A stretch of DNA of 64,000 bases from Podarcis filfolensis (Eukaryota). The translations under genes were made by a program, and so were the position numbers. The notes under the pieces are model-generated. The model was not told the DNA's origin, ran no database searches, and saw nothing but the letters and a program-made list of their open reading frames with translations. This document shows positions 27,863 to 40,950 of the stretch, piece after piece (position 1 is the stretch's first letter; each line of letters starts with the position of its first letter). The stretch is from NCBI GenBank assembly GCA_964270895.1, contig OZ185441.1. One strand, written 5' to 3'.

Positions 27863-28080
27863 CTTCACTGAATCCTCTGGCTCAAGAGCTAGTTTCACAG
27901 CCACTTGCCACTTTTCCTGGGTTTCCTTGTCATTAGCGTATAAGAGGAATTCAGTAAGTCCTGGAGAAATCTGAAAGCTTCTAGCTGCATAAACCACGCC
28001 ATCTTCACTCACTCTAAACTCTGATGGTGCACTGCTTTCAAAATTGACTTTTCTGCTTTCTTCACAGCTTCTAAACCTCA
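27863..28080 (-). CDS. CDH2: CDH2 exon 3 equivalent (prodomain), 218 nt
   Basis: ttttgcAG acceptor, GTAAG donor; encodes (V)[35 protein letters not shown]...[23 protein letters not shown], matching the N-cadherin prodomain. Confidence 0.95.
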
Positions 28081-30398
28081 CTGCAAAAACACAAAACACA
28101 ATATCAAGGGTCAAACTGGTGTAAAAAACACACATCCCAGTTTAAAAGTGGTGTAAAAAAACCACATCCCAGTTTAACCTGGATTGTTTGCTGCAATTTG
28201 TCCAAAACCAACATTATCCCGCATTTAAATTCTGTTTCCAAGGACAAAATAAAAACTTCCCACCTTTTAGTATTATAAAACAAGTACTCCGCTGTTAATT
28301 TACCATCATAAATAAGTGAGTAAGAAAGGAACTAAAAAACGAACTTCAATTTCCCATTAATGCATTATCTATGAGCCACAATCTCCTAGAAAGGTGTCAA
28401 ATGCAAGACTTGTTGAATTAATGAGAACCTTTGGTTGGACTTTGTTGGCAAAGTCCCAAATTGTAGTTGCCAATCCCAACCCCAACATTTCCAGCTTCCT
28501 CCCTCCTTTTCTGTTCCAAAGCATGAAAAGGGCTAGAAAAAAGAGACACTGCACATAATTTTGTAAACCAATAAATCTTTAATAAAAAAATGTTTTGTTT
28601 TTTAAAAAGAAAAGGGCAGCAGGTTTTTTTAAAACTGGTTTTGCCCCAGCAAAACAATTCCCATATTCCCTTTCAATTCAAAGCTGGGAAGTTGTGTCTT
28701 TTAAATATACTGGTGCCAGAACAAATGCTGAACAATTCTCTCTAATAATGAAATCAAACAAGGATGAGTGAGTGCTTACTCCTACACAACTTCAGGATGG
28801 ACAGCTATCCTAAAACATCAGGCATCTCCACAAACACACTGCAAATTACATGAGTGGCTTTGTAAGCAACCACTGAAAAACTCATACAACAAATTTAAGC
28901 AAAAGTACAGAATTTTTTTTGGCAACTACAGAGCTTACGGCCTTAAAAACATCCATCTCAAAGAGAAATCTAATTCACTGTCAAGTGCCCATCATTTTGC
29001 TGTGTGTTTAGGAAGGGGAATATTCTAACTGGATGGTTCTAATGTCATAGACGGGGTCTTCTAAGAAATGGGTTTGCGGTTGGGTTTTTTGTTTTATTTT
29101 TTTTAGTCTATATATCAATATAGCTGAATAACTAAAAAATGAAGCTGGTACCTTCCTCATTGATATTCTTCCTTCAGGCAACTGAATGCTATGAAATTCA
29201 ATGAAAATGGTTCTCTTTTGACAGTCCCTTGCTGAAAATGTATAAAATTGCCAGTGCCTGGCAGAATAATTCTCTTCTGCAAAGAGTACACATTAACAAA
29301 TTATACTGATATATATAACTAGCTATAATTAAATTATATATTGTGTTGTGGACAATTTTTGCTCCCCTGTATGCCTTGAAAGTATGATTCAAATCAGTAA
29401 CCTTAATATGTTTCAGCATTCAGCAAGAAAGAATAATTATCATTTTTCAATTAGTATTAGTGGTCAGATAAGAAACATTTTCCTCTGTAGAAATAGACTT
29501 TATTAATGCTGATGTTTTCCTGAACTAAATTGAAAGGGGTGTGCATATTAGTCACAGCACTATAACATATAGCAACTATCTTAAAATAAATGGTTTTGCA
29601 TATATTCCTCCAAAATATTTCTTTACCTGGTGTGCTGTGATCACTGAAGCACAAAAATCACCAAGGTGATGTTACTGATCGTTATATACAGTACCCAAAT
29701 AAATTACCAGCTACAAACTGATTCAAGATACTATTTTAAACATTGTTTTTAAATGCTTTGCCATAACTTCCCTGACAAGGGCTCCTCTCTAAATATAATA
29801 CCTCAAAGAACTGTGGTTCATTCAGCAGCTCAAGCTTTGATATGATTACTTATTAATCACCATAATAGCATTCGTTCAATGGGTTTCACCTACAGTACAT
29901 TATATTAGTAATAATTACAACCGCCCTGTAAAGCAATCCAAGAGGAGGGATGTCATGGGCTGTAAAGAACTGTAGCCTGAACTTGTGGTTTAGGCAAAAT
30001 TTGGCTCTGCCATAACTCTATTAGGCAGTCAATGATTTAAGAATAATAGGAATAGTCAAAGATGAATGGCAAAGAATGAAAAATAACATAAAATAAAAAC
30101 ATTATTCAGAATCACAACATTCTAACTGGGATGCAGTGCATTACCAGAACCTAACAAGAGTTCTGTTTGAAGGACTGCACTAGATACATCCCCCCCCCCG
30201 TTGTGCTATACTGTACAAGTATAAAAGACCCTGCCCTAAACCTGAGCACTACTGGGTTGAGGGATGGAAGTATAGCATGGGGCAGAGAGGTTTTCTTTTC
30301 CTTTTTAACTTCAGAATGCACATCCTCCTCACCTGAACCCTTACCTGTAGCATACAATACACTGACAGGGCCTCAGAAAGGTTTCCTTCCTTCCAACT

Positions 30399-30542
30399 CA
30401 AAGGTGGAGAACCTGTGGCACTCCATCTACTGCTGAACTACTCCATCTCCCATTATTGCTGGCTGTACATGGTCTATGGTGGCTAGGGCTGATGGGACTC
30501 AATGTCCAACAATACCTGAAGATTCGCAGGTTAGCCACTTCT
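30399..30542. mobile_element. Degenerate palindromic hAT-like MITE
   Basis: ggtggagaacctgtggc...gctgaactac...gggctgatggga...caggttagccac. Confidence 0.5.
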
Positions 30543-31798
30543 ATTTAAAGTGATACTTTTAACTCAATAGCTCAATAGCCTTCAGCCACAGACTAAATTT
30601 ACTGACTCACACAATCTGTCTGGTTTTTTTTTTGTTTTTTGTTTCTTTAGCCTCACTCTAACCTCCAATAAAACAGTGGGCTAAGTGTCAGGGCTATTCC
30701 CTCCTATAACCAAAAAATGGAGATAATGGGTTGCAGTGCCATTCGCAATGTGTTTCTTAAACTAAAACCAGAAAACATCCACCCTTTTTTTCACATGAAA
30801 TAAGACCAGAGCTGGAAGAAAAAAAAATGCCAACTCTTGTTTGTGGATGGGGCACACTGATGTCCCATCACAGCTATTGTTTTATGTGAGAATTCTCACT
30901 TCTTCCCTGGGAAAAAATAGCATTCACTATGAAGTCTGAAGTTCCCTCTCCAGACAATAAGTTCCCTAGGAATTTTCTCATCTTTGGGTCCTCAACATAT
31001 CATAGGTTCCAGAAGTTCACAAAGTCATCCCCCCCTTTTTTAATTTACAAGCAGATATACTTCTGCATACCTAGGGAATCCCCCGAATATGAAATCAGCA
31101 TATTATTTTTGGGTGACCCTGTTTCACTTTCACAATGAATTCTTTTCATTGTGGAATAATGATGTTTTAAAAGAAGACAGATGAAAAGCCAGCAATTTTT
31201 CTTAAGAGGCTTCAGGGAGATTGCATGAAAGTCAGAGTGGCCTCATTTTTCACTGGCCTTGCACGTATGCTCAGAAATATATTTAAGTTCAATGGCACTT
31301 ACAGAGTGAGAATACCTGGGACTGCAGCCTAGGTGTGTTCACTTAATGGGGAACATCTATTATGTAGACATAAGCATCCACAAAATAGGATAGTTCTTTA
31401 GAAAATGGGGGTGGAGAGGACTACGTTTCTTAATTCCATCTCTCTGAGGTGTGTATGTATTTTCTACCTCTGCGCTTGCCCTGGTCACTCCAACTTTCCT
31501 TTTTTGTGTGATCACAGTTGGGGATCAAGAGCTGGGTGTACAAATGAAGCCCATTTGAAGACAGCAGATGTATTCTGTTCAGGTCATATGGATGATTCTA
31601 GTCACCACAGACAATTCTAAAAATCAAGTTTCCTTAAGTTAACCGTTCACAAAGTCAACCCACCATCCCCATAAATCTAAATGGTAGAATTTTATATTTT
31701 GGTGGAACTTTTCCACAAAATCTTTCTGTACTCTACCTTGGCTCAACAGTAGTCAGCATCACTAGTACCCAGCTAAATGAAAAAAGGCCTCTCCCAAA

Positions 31799-32153
31799 GG
31801 TAGGTAAAGGTAAAGGGACCCCTGACTATTAGGTCCAGTCGTGACCGACTCTGGGGTTGCGGCGCTCATCTTGCTTTATTGGCCGAGAGAGCCAGCATAC
31901 AGCTTCCAGGTCATGTGGCCAGCATGACTAAGACGCTTCTGGCGAACCAGAGCAGTGCACGGAAATGCCGTTTACCTTCCCGCTGGAGCGGTACCTATTT
32001 ATCTACTTGCACTTTGACGTGCTTTCGAACTGCTAGGTGGGCAGGAGCTGGGACGAAGCAACGGGAGCTCACCCCATTTGCGGGGATTCGAACCACCGAC
32101 CTTCTGATCGGCAAGTCCTAGGCTCTGTGGTTTAACCCACAGCGCCACCCACG
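31799..32153 (-). mobile_element. Full-length Sauria SINE with ~40-bp flanking direct repeat
   Basis: Highly similar to 22200-22548; flanking repeats at 31759-31798 and 32154-32194. Confidence 0.93.
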
Positions 32154-34363
32154 TCACTAGTACCCAACTAAAAGAAAAAAAGGCCTCTCCCAAAAGGAAG
32201 GCCTTAAATCAGCCTACAAAATACAAGGAAGGAATTGAACCTTTTAAGGCAACGGCTTTCGTCAAATGAACTCCCTGGAGGAAGTATTTGGCTCAAACAT
32301 AATAAGTAAATAAAAATAAGCCCTACCTAGTCAGGTTGAGTAGTCAATGTTCATTCATGTTCTTGATAGGCCATTAATACAACTGTTTCACTATGAGCAT
32401 CACTAAATGTAGCTGTCAGCTTAGATAGAAGATGGCATGTACCTTAAAGGCTGTGTTAATTGCTTCTCAGCAAATATTCAACAGAAATCAGTCCATGCTG
32501 TTTGGGTCATACAATATAAAAACAAAACTTTGTGGGTTGGATCTGCCCCATCTGATCTCTCACACTTATAACTCAAAGGGCATGTGTTCACATTATCTAA
32601 TGACACTGACACAAAGTTACCCAACAGTGAAAAAAAAATCAAACTAATTTATTCAACAACACAAAGTAACTATGTTCCAGAGTCTTATGGCATTATACAG
32701 GGTTCTCTTGTGAAACCGTATGTACTGAGGTGTACAATACAAAACCCAAAGTACTAAGCATGCAATCTCGTTTAGATTACACCAGAGAACTAAACCATTT
32801 ACACTCATATCTAATGATATGAATAATTCATAGCACTTGTAAAATTTGTCTCTAATCTCATGTACCTTACTAGTATAATCTTCAATTAACCAGCTTCATT
32901 TATCAGGCAATTAAAGTGTATGTTCAGCAATAATAATCACGCTGCATCTCAAGTGCATATATTACTCTTTTTTTTGTACAAGCCAAGCAATTTCTTTTCT
33001 TTGACCAACAACCCGAAGAGCACAACAAGAATACTTGTCTAATTTTGGAAGACTTCTGTTTAAGGGGAAGGTGGTGATGGGGAAACCTTTATGTGAGTTT
33101 CTCTGTACTGCAGTCAACAACAAACTAGGACAACATCAATTAGGGAGTTCTGTTTGCCAGGTGATCTACTGATGGACATGTATGGGTTTGTGCTACTGAA
33201 AATACCAAAGTACCATTGTCACTGAAATCTATTACGGACTATAAAATTAGGTAGAGAACACTGGGAACATGATGGACACAAGACTGAGAATAATTCAGCA
33301 AAGTGCTATCCTAAATAAATCTCTCACCATGGAAACAGCAAGGCTAGTGCAATCCTAAATGTCAAAGATTTGGTGGTAATCTTTTATAATGAGATTATAC
33401 TGCAGGGGAGATTTGTCCAGGCTGTCAAATGCAGGATGCTACGGTAACAGGACTGGCGCAAGCATTGTTGCAGCTATGTATATTGGTGGTACTGTGATAC
33501 CATAAGCAGTGGCGATCCAAACAGATAGAAGGGAGACACACAAAAATGTTAATGTAAGATTTCTGAACTAATACACTGCAAAGAAGTAATAGATGATAAA
33601 GGGAAATGATCTGCAGTCAATGACTCCATGGTGATGATCAGGCAGCAGATGAGAGAGGTTGAAACAGCAGGATATGGCAATGGTCTGGATGCAACAGGAG
33701 AAGGAAAAGAAGGTGTTTAAGGACTAAATATTATATTAAAAAAAGAGTTTGACACTGTGTGCTTCTTTTTAAACTGTAAACAAAAGCTGAAGAGGGGCAT
33801 ATCAAGATCAGAGAGAATTAACCCTTTCTTCTAGATTGACACCCCCTACCAAATCGCTGTTTGACACAGAAGGGAAGTAGTCGCTGTCACAAGTTACAGC
33901 TGCACTCCCATGCAAACAGGAATGTCAGGGAAGGGAGAATTTTAGCTAGGATGGTGCTGTGAAAACAAAAGGTTTGCCCTTTCCCATATGCTATGTTTCT
34001 GATTAGTCCTCCTGCCAGTTAGGATTTTTTTCCAAACCAACCAACCAAAGAACCAACCAAACAAACAGATACAGTATAAAACTATATGTTTAATATAATG
34101 CAGTTTGGTAGCATGGACAAAGGACAATTTTGGTTCAGACTGCATTTTTATAAGGACTGGTATAATTCACTTCCCAGAACAATATGCAAACTGAGACAAA
34201 GGTAGCTTTTGAAATTTGCACTCCTCCAAATTCTGTGATGCAATTTTCCAACTAAAAAGTTGTGTACAAAATGGCAAATGTCCATAAAAATGCAATATTG
34301 CATGACATTAAAAAAAATCAAAATGCATTATATTCATTGGATTCTCTATGGTTTAAAGTGTTT

Positions 34364-34430
34364 TTCCTGTATTGTAGGGGGTTGGACTAGATGATCCTTT
34401 GAGTAAAGATTCCAACTTTACAATTCTATG
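34364..34430 (+). mobile_element. Isolated CR1/SINE 3' tail
   Basis: ttcctgtattgtagggggttggactagatgatcc...attctatg, the same tail as 9030, 44029, 59763 and 60975. Confidence 0.65.
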
Positions 34431-37400
34431 TGAGCATATATAACAACTAATGTACCAGTTATTTTGGCCTCCTAGCACTAATAATTGTTTGATGCAACTA
34501 TTTCAAATGTGGTTCTGAGAATTTAGCCGATAAAAAAATGTTTTTCTGAGAATACAGATTAAATAATCCCCCCCCCCCCGGTAAATGGGATTATATATAT
34601 AAAAAAATCTCCATTGGGCAAATCAAAAGTTGAAAGACATGAACTACTATTTACTTTAGAATTACTGCATATTTTGATACACTCGGGAAACCTTTGCCCC
34701 AATTTTTGAAATTTGGCATAATTTCTTATGGCAAAATGTCAATGATAAGTTAGACCAATTTCACAAATCATGTTACTACAGTTTTGTGACATTTTCCTAA
34801 AGAGATTGCACTGTAACAAACGTTTAAAGATTGACACAGTAATGCAATACACAGGTTAAGTTTATTTTTAAAGTGAAATAAAATCAGTAGATGGGAATAA
34901 ATGCACTCTTTCAATCAGCTAGGGCAGGGGTTGATAACTCAGCACCTGTGGATGTCATGGTGCCAGTGAGGAATTCTAGGGGTGTCTCTGGGCAGGTGCC
35001 CCAGACTTTGAGCTATCATTTTTTTCAAAAAGTAAAGTCTGTAGCCATCCTAGAAAGAAAGTTATGTGGCAAAATGTGCAGGTACCTTCTGATTTATATG
35101 AAATGAGAGTGGTGTGGTTACTTTCTATATTTTGCTGGTAACTGAGGAATGCTACCTGTTTTTATTAGACAGCAACAGTGTGAGAGGGAGGGGGAGGTAG
35201 AGGAAGAGAGATGTTGATAATCAGAACTAGCAGGGCATATAAGCATAGAGTTTTTGTGGGTGGTTGTCTCTCTAATTTTGTGTGACGCGACGCTCCTCAT
35301 GGCAACCATTTTGTGTTATACCACTACCCACGGCAGCCATTATAAGTTACGCCACTCCTGCTCCAAGGAAGCAAGTTTCAAAATCTGCCCATTAGTCCAA
35401 AAAGGCTTGATATCCCTGAGCTGAAGTATCTAGGTATTTGTACAGGAGAGAAAAACTTAAATTCTGTACTTTTATTTTTCAAAAGTACATTTTCAAGAAT
35501 TTCTTTTCTTTTTGTGACGATAAGAAATGTGGAATTTTGATGTTATACCCATGACTTGCAGCCACTTTTTAAAATGACATTTTAGATTCTATGTGTCTCC
35601 CTCCCCACCTGAGCTAATTAAATTAAGATAAATGGACTGTTTTTAAAAGCTACCTGAAAGGGAAAAATACTATCCTAAGAATGTTTAGTCTTCATATCCA
35701 CAATGAAAGTCATTTACACATCTTTACTCAAACATCCCACCTAGTTCCACTTCCCATAATCCTCTTTGCTCATTGAACAAAATCATCATAGGCATGCCAG
35801 AAAGAAAACAGGGATAAAGTTCTTTCTGTTTGATAGAAATGCCTATGCAGCTTTTCGGGGAGGAGAAAAAGGAATAGTAGCCGTCAGCAAAACACAGATT
35901 TGGTATCTCAAACATAACCCAAATTACATCTGATTCACTGATCCTTTTCAATTCTTGCCCCTACCACATACTGACACAAAATCTTCCTGAGCACTGACAT
36001 TTCTTTTGTCTTCATTTTAGCGGAAAAATGTAACAGAAAGGAGCAAGCATCTTAGGGGAAACAGTAATGCTTGTATTTAGATGACTGCTTTTGTTTTCTA
36101 ATGCAGACAAAGTATAGAGATTCAAGTCTCTCTTGTGCTCAGATTATTTAACAAACAGATGGCAAGTATAAGTCTGTATATACTCATGTGGAACTTTTTC
36201 TAAGCTTGTGAAATTGAAAGAAGAGGGGAATAATAAATGCAATTTCAGTACAAAGAAGCAGCAATACAAACAAACACACGTATCCAAACATATGATTCTG
36301 GACAATAAAAGCAGCTTTAAATATGAATACAATATAGTTATTAATTTTAGTAAACTAAGAGTACCACTTAGAGGATGATCTCGCACGTGGAGTTTTTTTG
36401 CCAATTCCTCTCTGCCCCTGATGCCTCCAGCACCCCCTCTTACACTGTGCTGGGACTTGGGCGGGGATCCCTCTGGAAAAGTGGGAGGTGGTGCTAGGGG
36501 TTGCAGGAGGAGAAGGGGGTGCGAATCAGCAAGGATTGCCTTGTCTCTTTCACCAGTTTTGCTGGATTCAAAGTCTTTGGTGGGCAAAAGGAGCCTTTCA
36601 GTCATGGAAGGCAATGCCTGGATTCCGTAACAGAATTAAGAGTGTCAGAAGCCTGACATCTATAATAAAAAAAGTTTGGAACATTCCAAATAGAAGAGGA
36701 AGCAAAAATAAAAGTTCCACAGAAAAGTTTAAGGCCAGAACATGTGGAGTTTGTTTTCTCCTTCATCTTCCAAATATTAGGGACATCAGGCAGACAAACT
36801 GACAAATTGATTCTGGAATTAATAAAACTTTAACCAATGACAAATGAAAAATATCATTAGAGTGAGTACCAGATAGCTTTTTTGGGACAGAGTTCCACAG
36901 TTGGAATACTATCACCTAAAATGCTCTCACCAATTGTGCTTTGGCTAAAGCAAGGACCCAAAGGAGAACCTCTTCAGCTGATTTGAAGGGAGGAGGCAAT
37001 CCTCCTTAAGATATAACGTACCCTAGCCTACAATTATCCATCATCTTCACAAGCTTTCAAAATATGGAGACGAGGAGACTAATAATAGTAATAGCAATGT
37101 AATAGTACTATTACTTCACTTGACCAGGACACTATACTTCTGTTGATGCAGCCTAAAATAGCACTCACATCCAGGACAAGGAACGGTTAGTGAGCACTCT
37201 TTGGTTGTTCAGTCAGCTGAACCACTGTTATAGGAATTCTAAGGTCTCAAATATAGAATAAATGTTGATAATTGCACAAGGTAAACACACTTACATAAGT
37301 ATATAAACCACATGTCTAAAATAGTATAGGATAGCAATCCAAAAGCCATCTTGGCTCCCCTAAAGACTCTTAATATTTCCTGTCTCCTTAATCCCCCTTA

Positions 37401-37754
37401 CCTGAGAACACGTAGGCAGATAGCAGTCAGGGGAAGTTCCTGAAGGGATTCCTCTCCTATATCTATGAGCCTCCTTTGTATTAATTGGCATTGTTTGCCC
37501 AGATGCTCTGCATTGAGGGATGTCTGATGGGCATCCTGATTGTCTTATCAAATGCTAATGTTTTGTGTAAATTGTGTCTGGAACTATGTAAACTTGCTAA
37601 ATCCTCAGGAATATCACACCTTGGCCTGGCTGAGCCACAGTAACCCCACCTTATGTGTGATGTAATTTCTTACTGTTTGTAGAGGGGATGTCCTTCTCTG
37701 CGCCAAAATGCAAACCCTTAAAAGAGATGTTTCTTCTCTTGCCTCCTTGCTAGG

Positions 37755-38198
37755 AGTTACCTCATCCTGTCCACATTTTACCAGCTTCTCCACAAGAATA
37801 TAATGCAGCACTTTGTAAAAAGCCTTACTGAAATCAAGATACACTATGTCCACAGTATTCCCCTGATCCATCAAGCTTGTAACTCTGTCAATGAAATAAG
37901 GAGATTAGTCTGGCATGGCTTGTTGTTGAGAAACCCATGCTGGGTCTTAGTAATCCTTTTCTAAGTGCTCATAGACCGACTGTTTAATTATCTGTTCTAG
38001 GACCTTTCCCGGTATTGATGTCAAGCTTATCTGTTGGTAGTTGCCTGCGTCTTCTTCCCCACCTTTCGAAAACAGGGACAACATTTGCCCACGTCCAGTC
38101 TGCAGAGACCTCACCTGTTCTCCAAGGACTCTCAATAGACTTGAGGCTCTGAGGTTACATCCACAAGCTCCTTTAGTACCCTTGGGTGCAGTTCATTG
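37755..38198 (-). mobile_element. CR1 LINE ORF2 (reverse transcriptase) fragment, disrupted
   Basis: Translates to ...NYQQISLTSIPGKVLEQIIKQSV... and ...VDIVYLDFSKAFYKV..., in different frames. Confidence 0.88.
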
Positions 38199-39209
38199 TT
38201 CCCTTACCATCTCTTTTCCTGTTTTGGGCATGAAAGTTGGAAGAGCCTCATGCATGATGTGGGATGGGGTAAGGAGGGCTGCTTGGGGAAGCACACTGGT
38301 GGAGGCAAGACTGATGGAGCTGTGCAAAGGCACCAGTGGGATAAAAGGCACCTTCGCAGAGTCAATTCTGCAGTCTCAGCCATGAACCAGCACCAGAGGT
38401 GGATTTAGGAAACTGGATGTGGAGCCTTGGGGGCACTGCAGGGGGTGCCACAACTATGATGTAGACTGGAAGATGAGAGGCGCCAAATTTTGATGTCGCC
38501 AAGGGCACTGCTGAAATTTGCACTGGCCTCAATCTACTTCTGTTTATAACCACCCATATCCAAGTCAGCCAGGAGAGAGTGGGGATGGGCTCAGTTAGAA
38601 AGCTATTTTTGCATGCTCCCCTACATCTTATTAAAGAGAGAGAGAGAGACCTCAGTTTAGGCATGTTCTCTACCCTCCTACAGATAATCTTTTCAGCCGA
38701 AAGAAGATTAAAACTCCAACAGCTATAAACCAGAACACGTGTCAAATCAAATGTACAAAATTTATTCTATTTTTATTAGCAAGGCTTTTAATTTCATACG
38801 TGAATAGGTAAACTATGGCAACTGTAGCGTTCTGAGAGAACAGCATGAATAGCATAGATATATTTACAGCACTATACCAGAAGAGATATAAATAAAAAAT
38901 AATAAAGTCTGAGGAGTATTTTATCAGTTCATTGACTTGTATTATAAAAAGTGGCTGAAGTGTCAGCTTCATCGTATCTGGACAACCTTTAAGAAATTTT
39001 CATTATTTTTCAGATATCTGCCCTTGCAATCAAATATTGTCTAGTAAATTCATGCATGTGAATGCAGCAGACGTCACACTGAGAAACCCTTTCAAAAGTT
39101 CAGGCTTGGATATGCTAATATTTGGCACTTGAAAACAAGGGCAAAAGCACAACAAGTGCATGCAGCTCTTGAGTCTGTAGCTAGAGTTATTTTGAATTGG
39201 TGACAGCTA

Positions 39210-39441
39210 CAGTGGAACCTCATGTTACATACTATCCACCTTGCAAATGCTTTGGGTTATGAGCTCCACTAACCTGGAAGCAGATGCTCCCAGTTGCGAA
39301 CTTTGCCCTGGGATGCGAGTGGAAGTCTCGCGCCAGCAGCGCGGGGCGCCATTAGCAAAAGTGCTACCTCATGTTAAGAACGGTTTCGGCTTAAGAACAG
39401 ACCTCTGGAATGAATTAAATTCGTAACCAGAGGTACCACTG
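39210..39441. mobile_element. Tc1/mariner (Tigger-like) MITE
   Basis: TA-cagtggaacctc...gaggtaccactg-TA. Confidence 0.85.
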
Positions 39442-39453
39442 TACTTGCAATAT

Positions 39454-39495
39454 TCCTGTGACAACAGAATAAAATCCTGTGACAACAGAATAAAA
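39454..39495. repeat. Perfect 21-bp tandem duplication
   Basis: (tcctgtgacaacagaataaaa)x2. Confidence 0.9.
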
Positions 39496-39799
39496 TAAAT
39501 AAGAGATTGCCAGTGGAATGCACAATTTGCAGATCATTAAAAAATAAATAAACAGGGGACTTGTGTGCAAAAAGACAGTCATTGCACTAATTTTTAAATA
39601 TTATTCTCTACAGCTGTTTGAATAAATTTCATAGATTATTTGTTCGGTGGCAAAAGCAAAAATATTTTGACTGCAAGCCTCATTCCACTGAACAAAGACT
39701 GTAGATTACTAATGAAACCAACTATTCTGGGTGAACCCTTCGGTATATTCAGAAACTGGCAGCTTACTCCTGAGTAGGAAAAACAGACTAGTGGGAAGC

Positions 39800-40003
39800 C
39801 CTGGCACATCAAAAGCCAATGCCTGCTCAGCCCCTCGCTTGTTTGCCAGGCCCTGGTGCTGCAGGCTTTGGATGGCGCAAGCCCTCCTCTTCCCCCAGCC
39901 CCGGCATGGAAGCTAAGGCCCTGCTGGGGCGATGGCGCGTGTGCCCACAGAGAGGGCCCTGAGTGCCCTCTCTGGCACGCGTCCTATAGGTTCACCACCA
40001 CTG
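39800..40003. mobile_element. hAT-like MITE, one terminus retained
   Basis: Ends gtgcccacagagagggccctgagtgccctctctggcac...ataggttcaccaccactg, with an internal 10-bp hairpin. Confidence 0.6.
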
Positions 40004-40721
40004 GCCTATTCTACTCAACTTGCTTGATGTTGGGTAGAAAAGTCACATTTTCTAGCTAGTGGGAGGGAGTAGCACCAAGGTGAACAGAGAAGTCCTTCAA
40101 TTTACCCGCAGCACAATCACTGAACACTCTGATAACCCTGAACTAGACACAACTTCCCCCTCTTTAATTAGAGCCCTTTGAATGTTAACTTGACAGAGCT
40201 TTGTACATGTCACATTAAGATAGTATGCTTTTGAAAGAAACAACAATCTCACCGACATATCAGTCAATCCTTCTCTTCAAACCAGGCCCGAACTGAAAGA
40301 AATATTTTGCTTGCACAAAACTGGTGAAATGTTTGCTGTTTACTTCTTTGAACAGATGATCCCTCCTACGCACCCCATCCCTGCTGCAATGGCATATCAC
40401 ACATTGCTTTTTAATCTTTCCTCAATTCCAAAATCAGATTTATTTCAATTATTTTTAGCTTGCCTTTGGATAAAAGTTCTTTCAAGACAGCTTACAGGAA
40501 ATATCAAATTACTTGAAGATGTGTGTCCGCACACTCACATGCAATAAGCAATATCAACATATAAATGTGATCAGGAAAGCTGTCAGGAGATCACTGTGTT
40601 AGGCAAGAGAAAGTCCAGCTGGACCAGGCCCTGAGATGGTCTACGCCTTCATCTCTCGGAAAAGGTCTAATGCACGTTATTTTTTTGGGGGGGGGGGTAT
40701 AACATAGGTTGAAATCCTATA

Positions 40722-40950
40722 CAGTGGAACCTCGGGTTGCGGACGTAATCAGTGATGGAGGCACGTCCACAACCCGCAGCGTTCGCATCCTGAAGCGCTG
40801 TGTCTGCGCAGGCGCTGACGTGATTTGGCGCTTCTGCGCATGCGCAAGCAGCGAAACCTGGAAGTAACCCATTCCGGTACTTCCGGGTTTCCCGGGGTCC
40901 GCAACCCGAAAACACGTAACCTGAAGTGTCTGTAATATGAGGTATGACTG
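40722..40950. mobile_element. CpG-rich Tc1/mariner (Tigger-like) MITE
   Basis: TA-cagtggaacctcgg...tgaggtatgactg-TA; about 20 CpG in 229 bp. Confidence 0.85.

Noticed and set aside
31879-32193. Similar ORFs at 22244, 31879 and 45780 suggesting a small gene family
   Set aside because: They are translations of the three Sauria SINE copies
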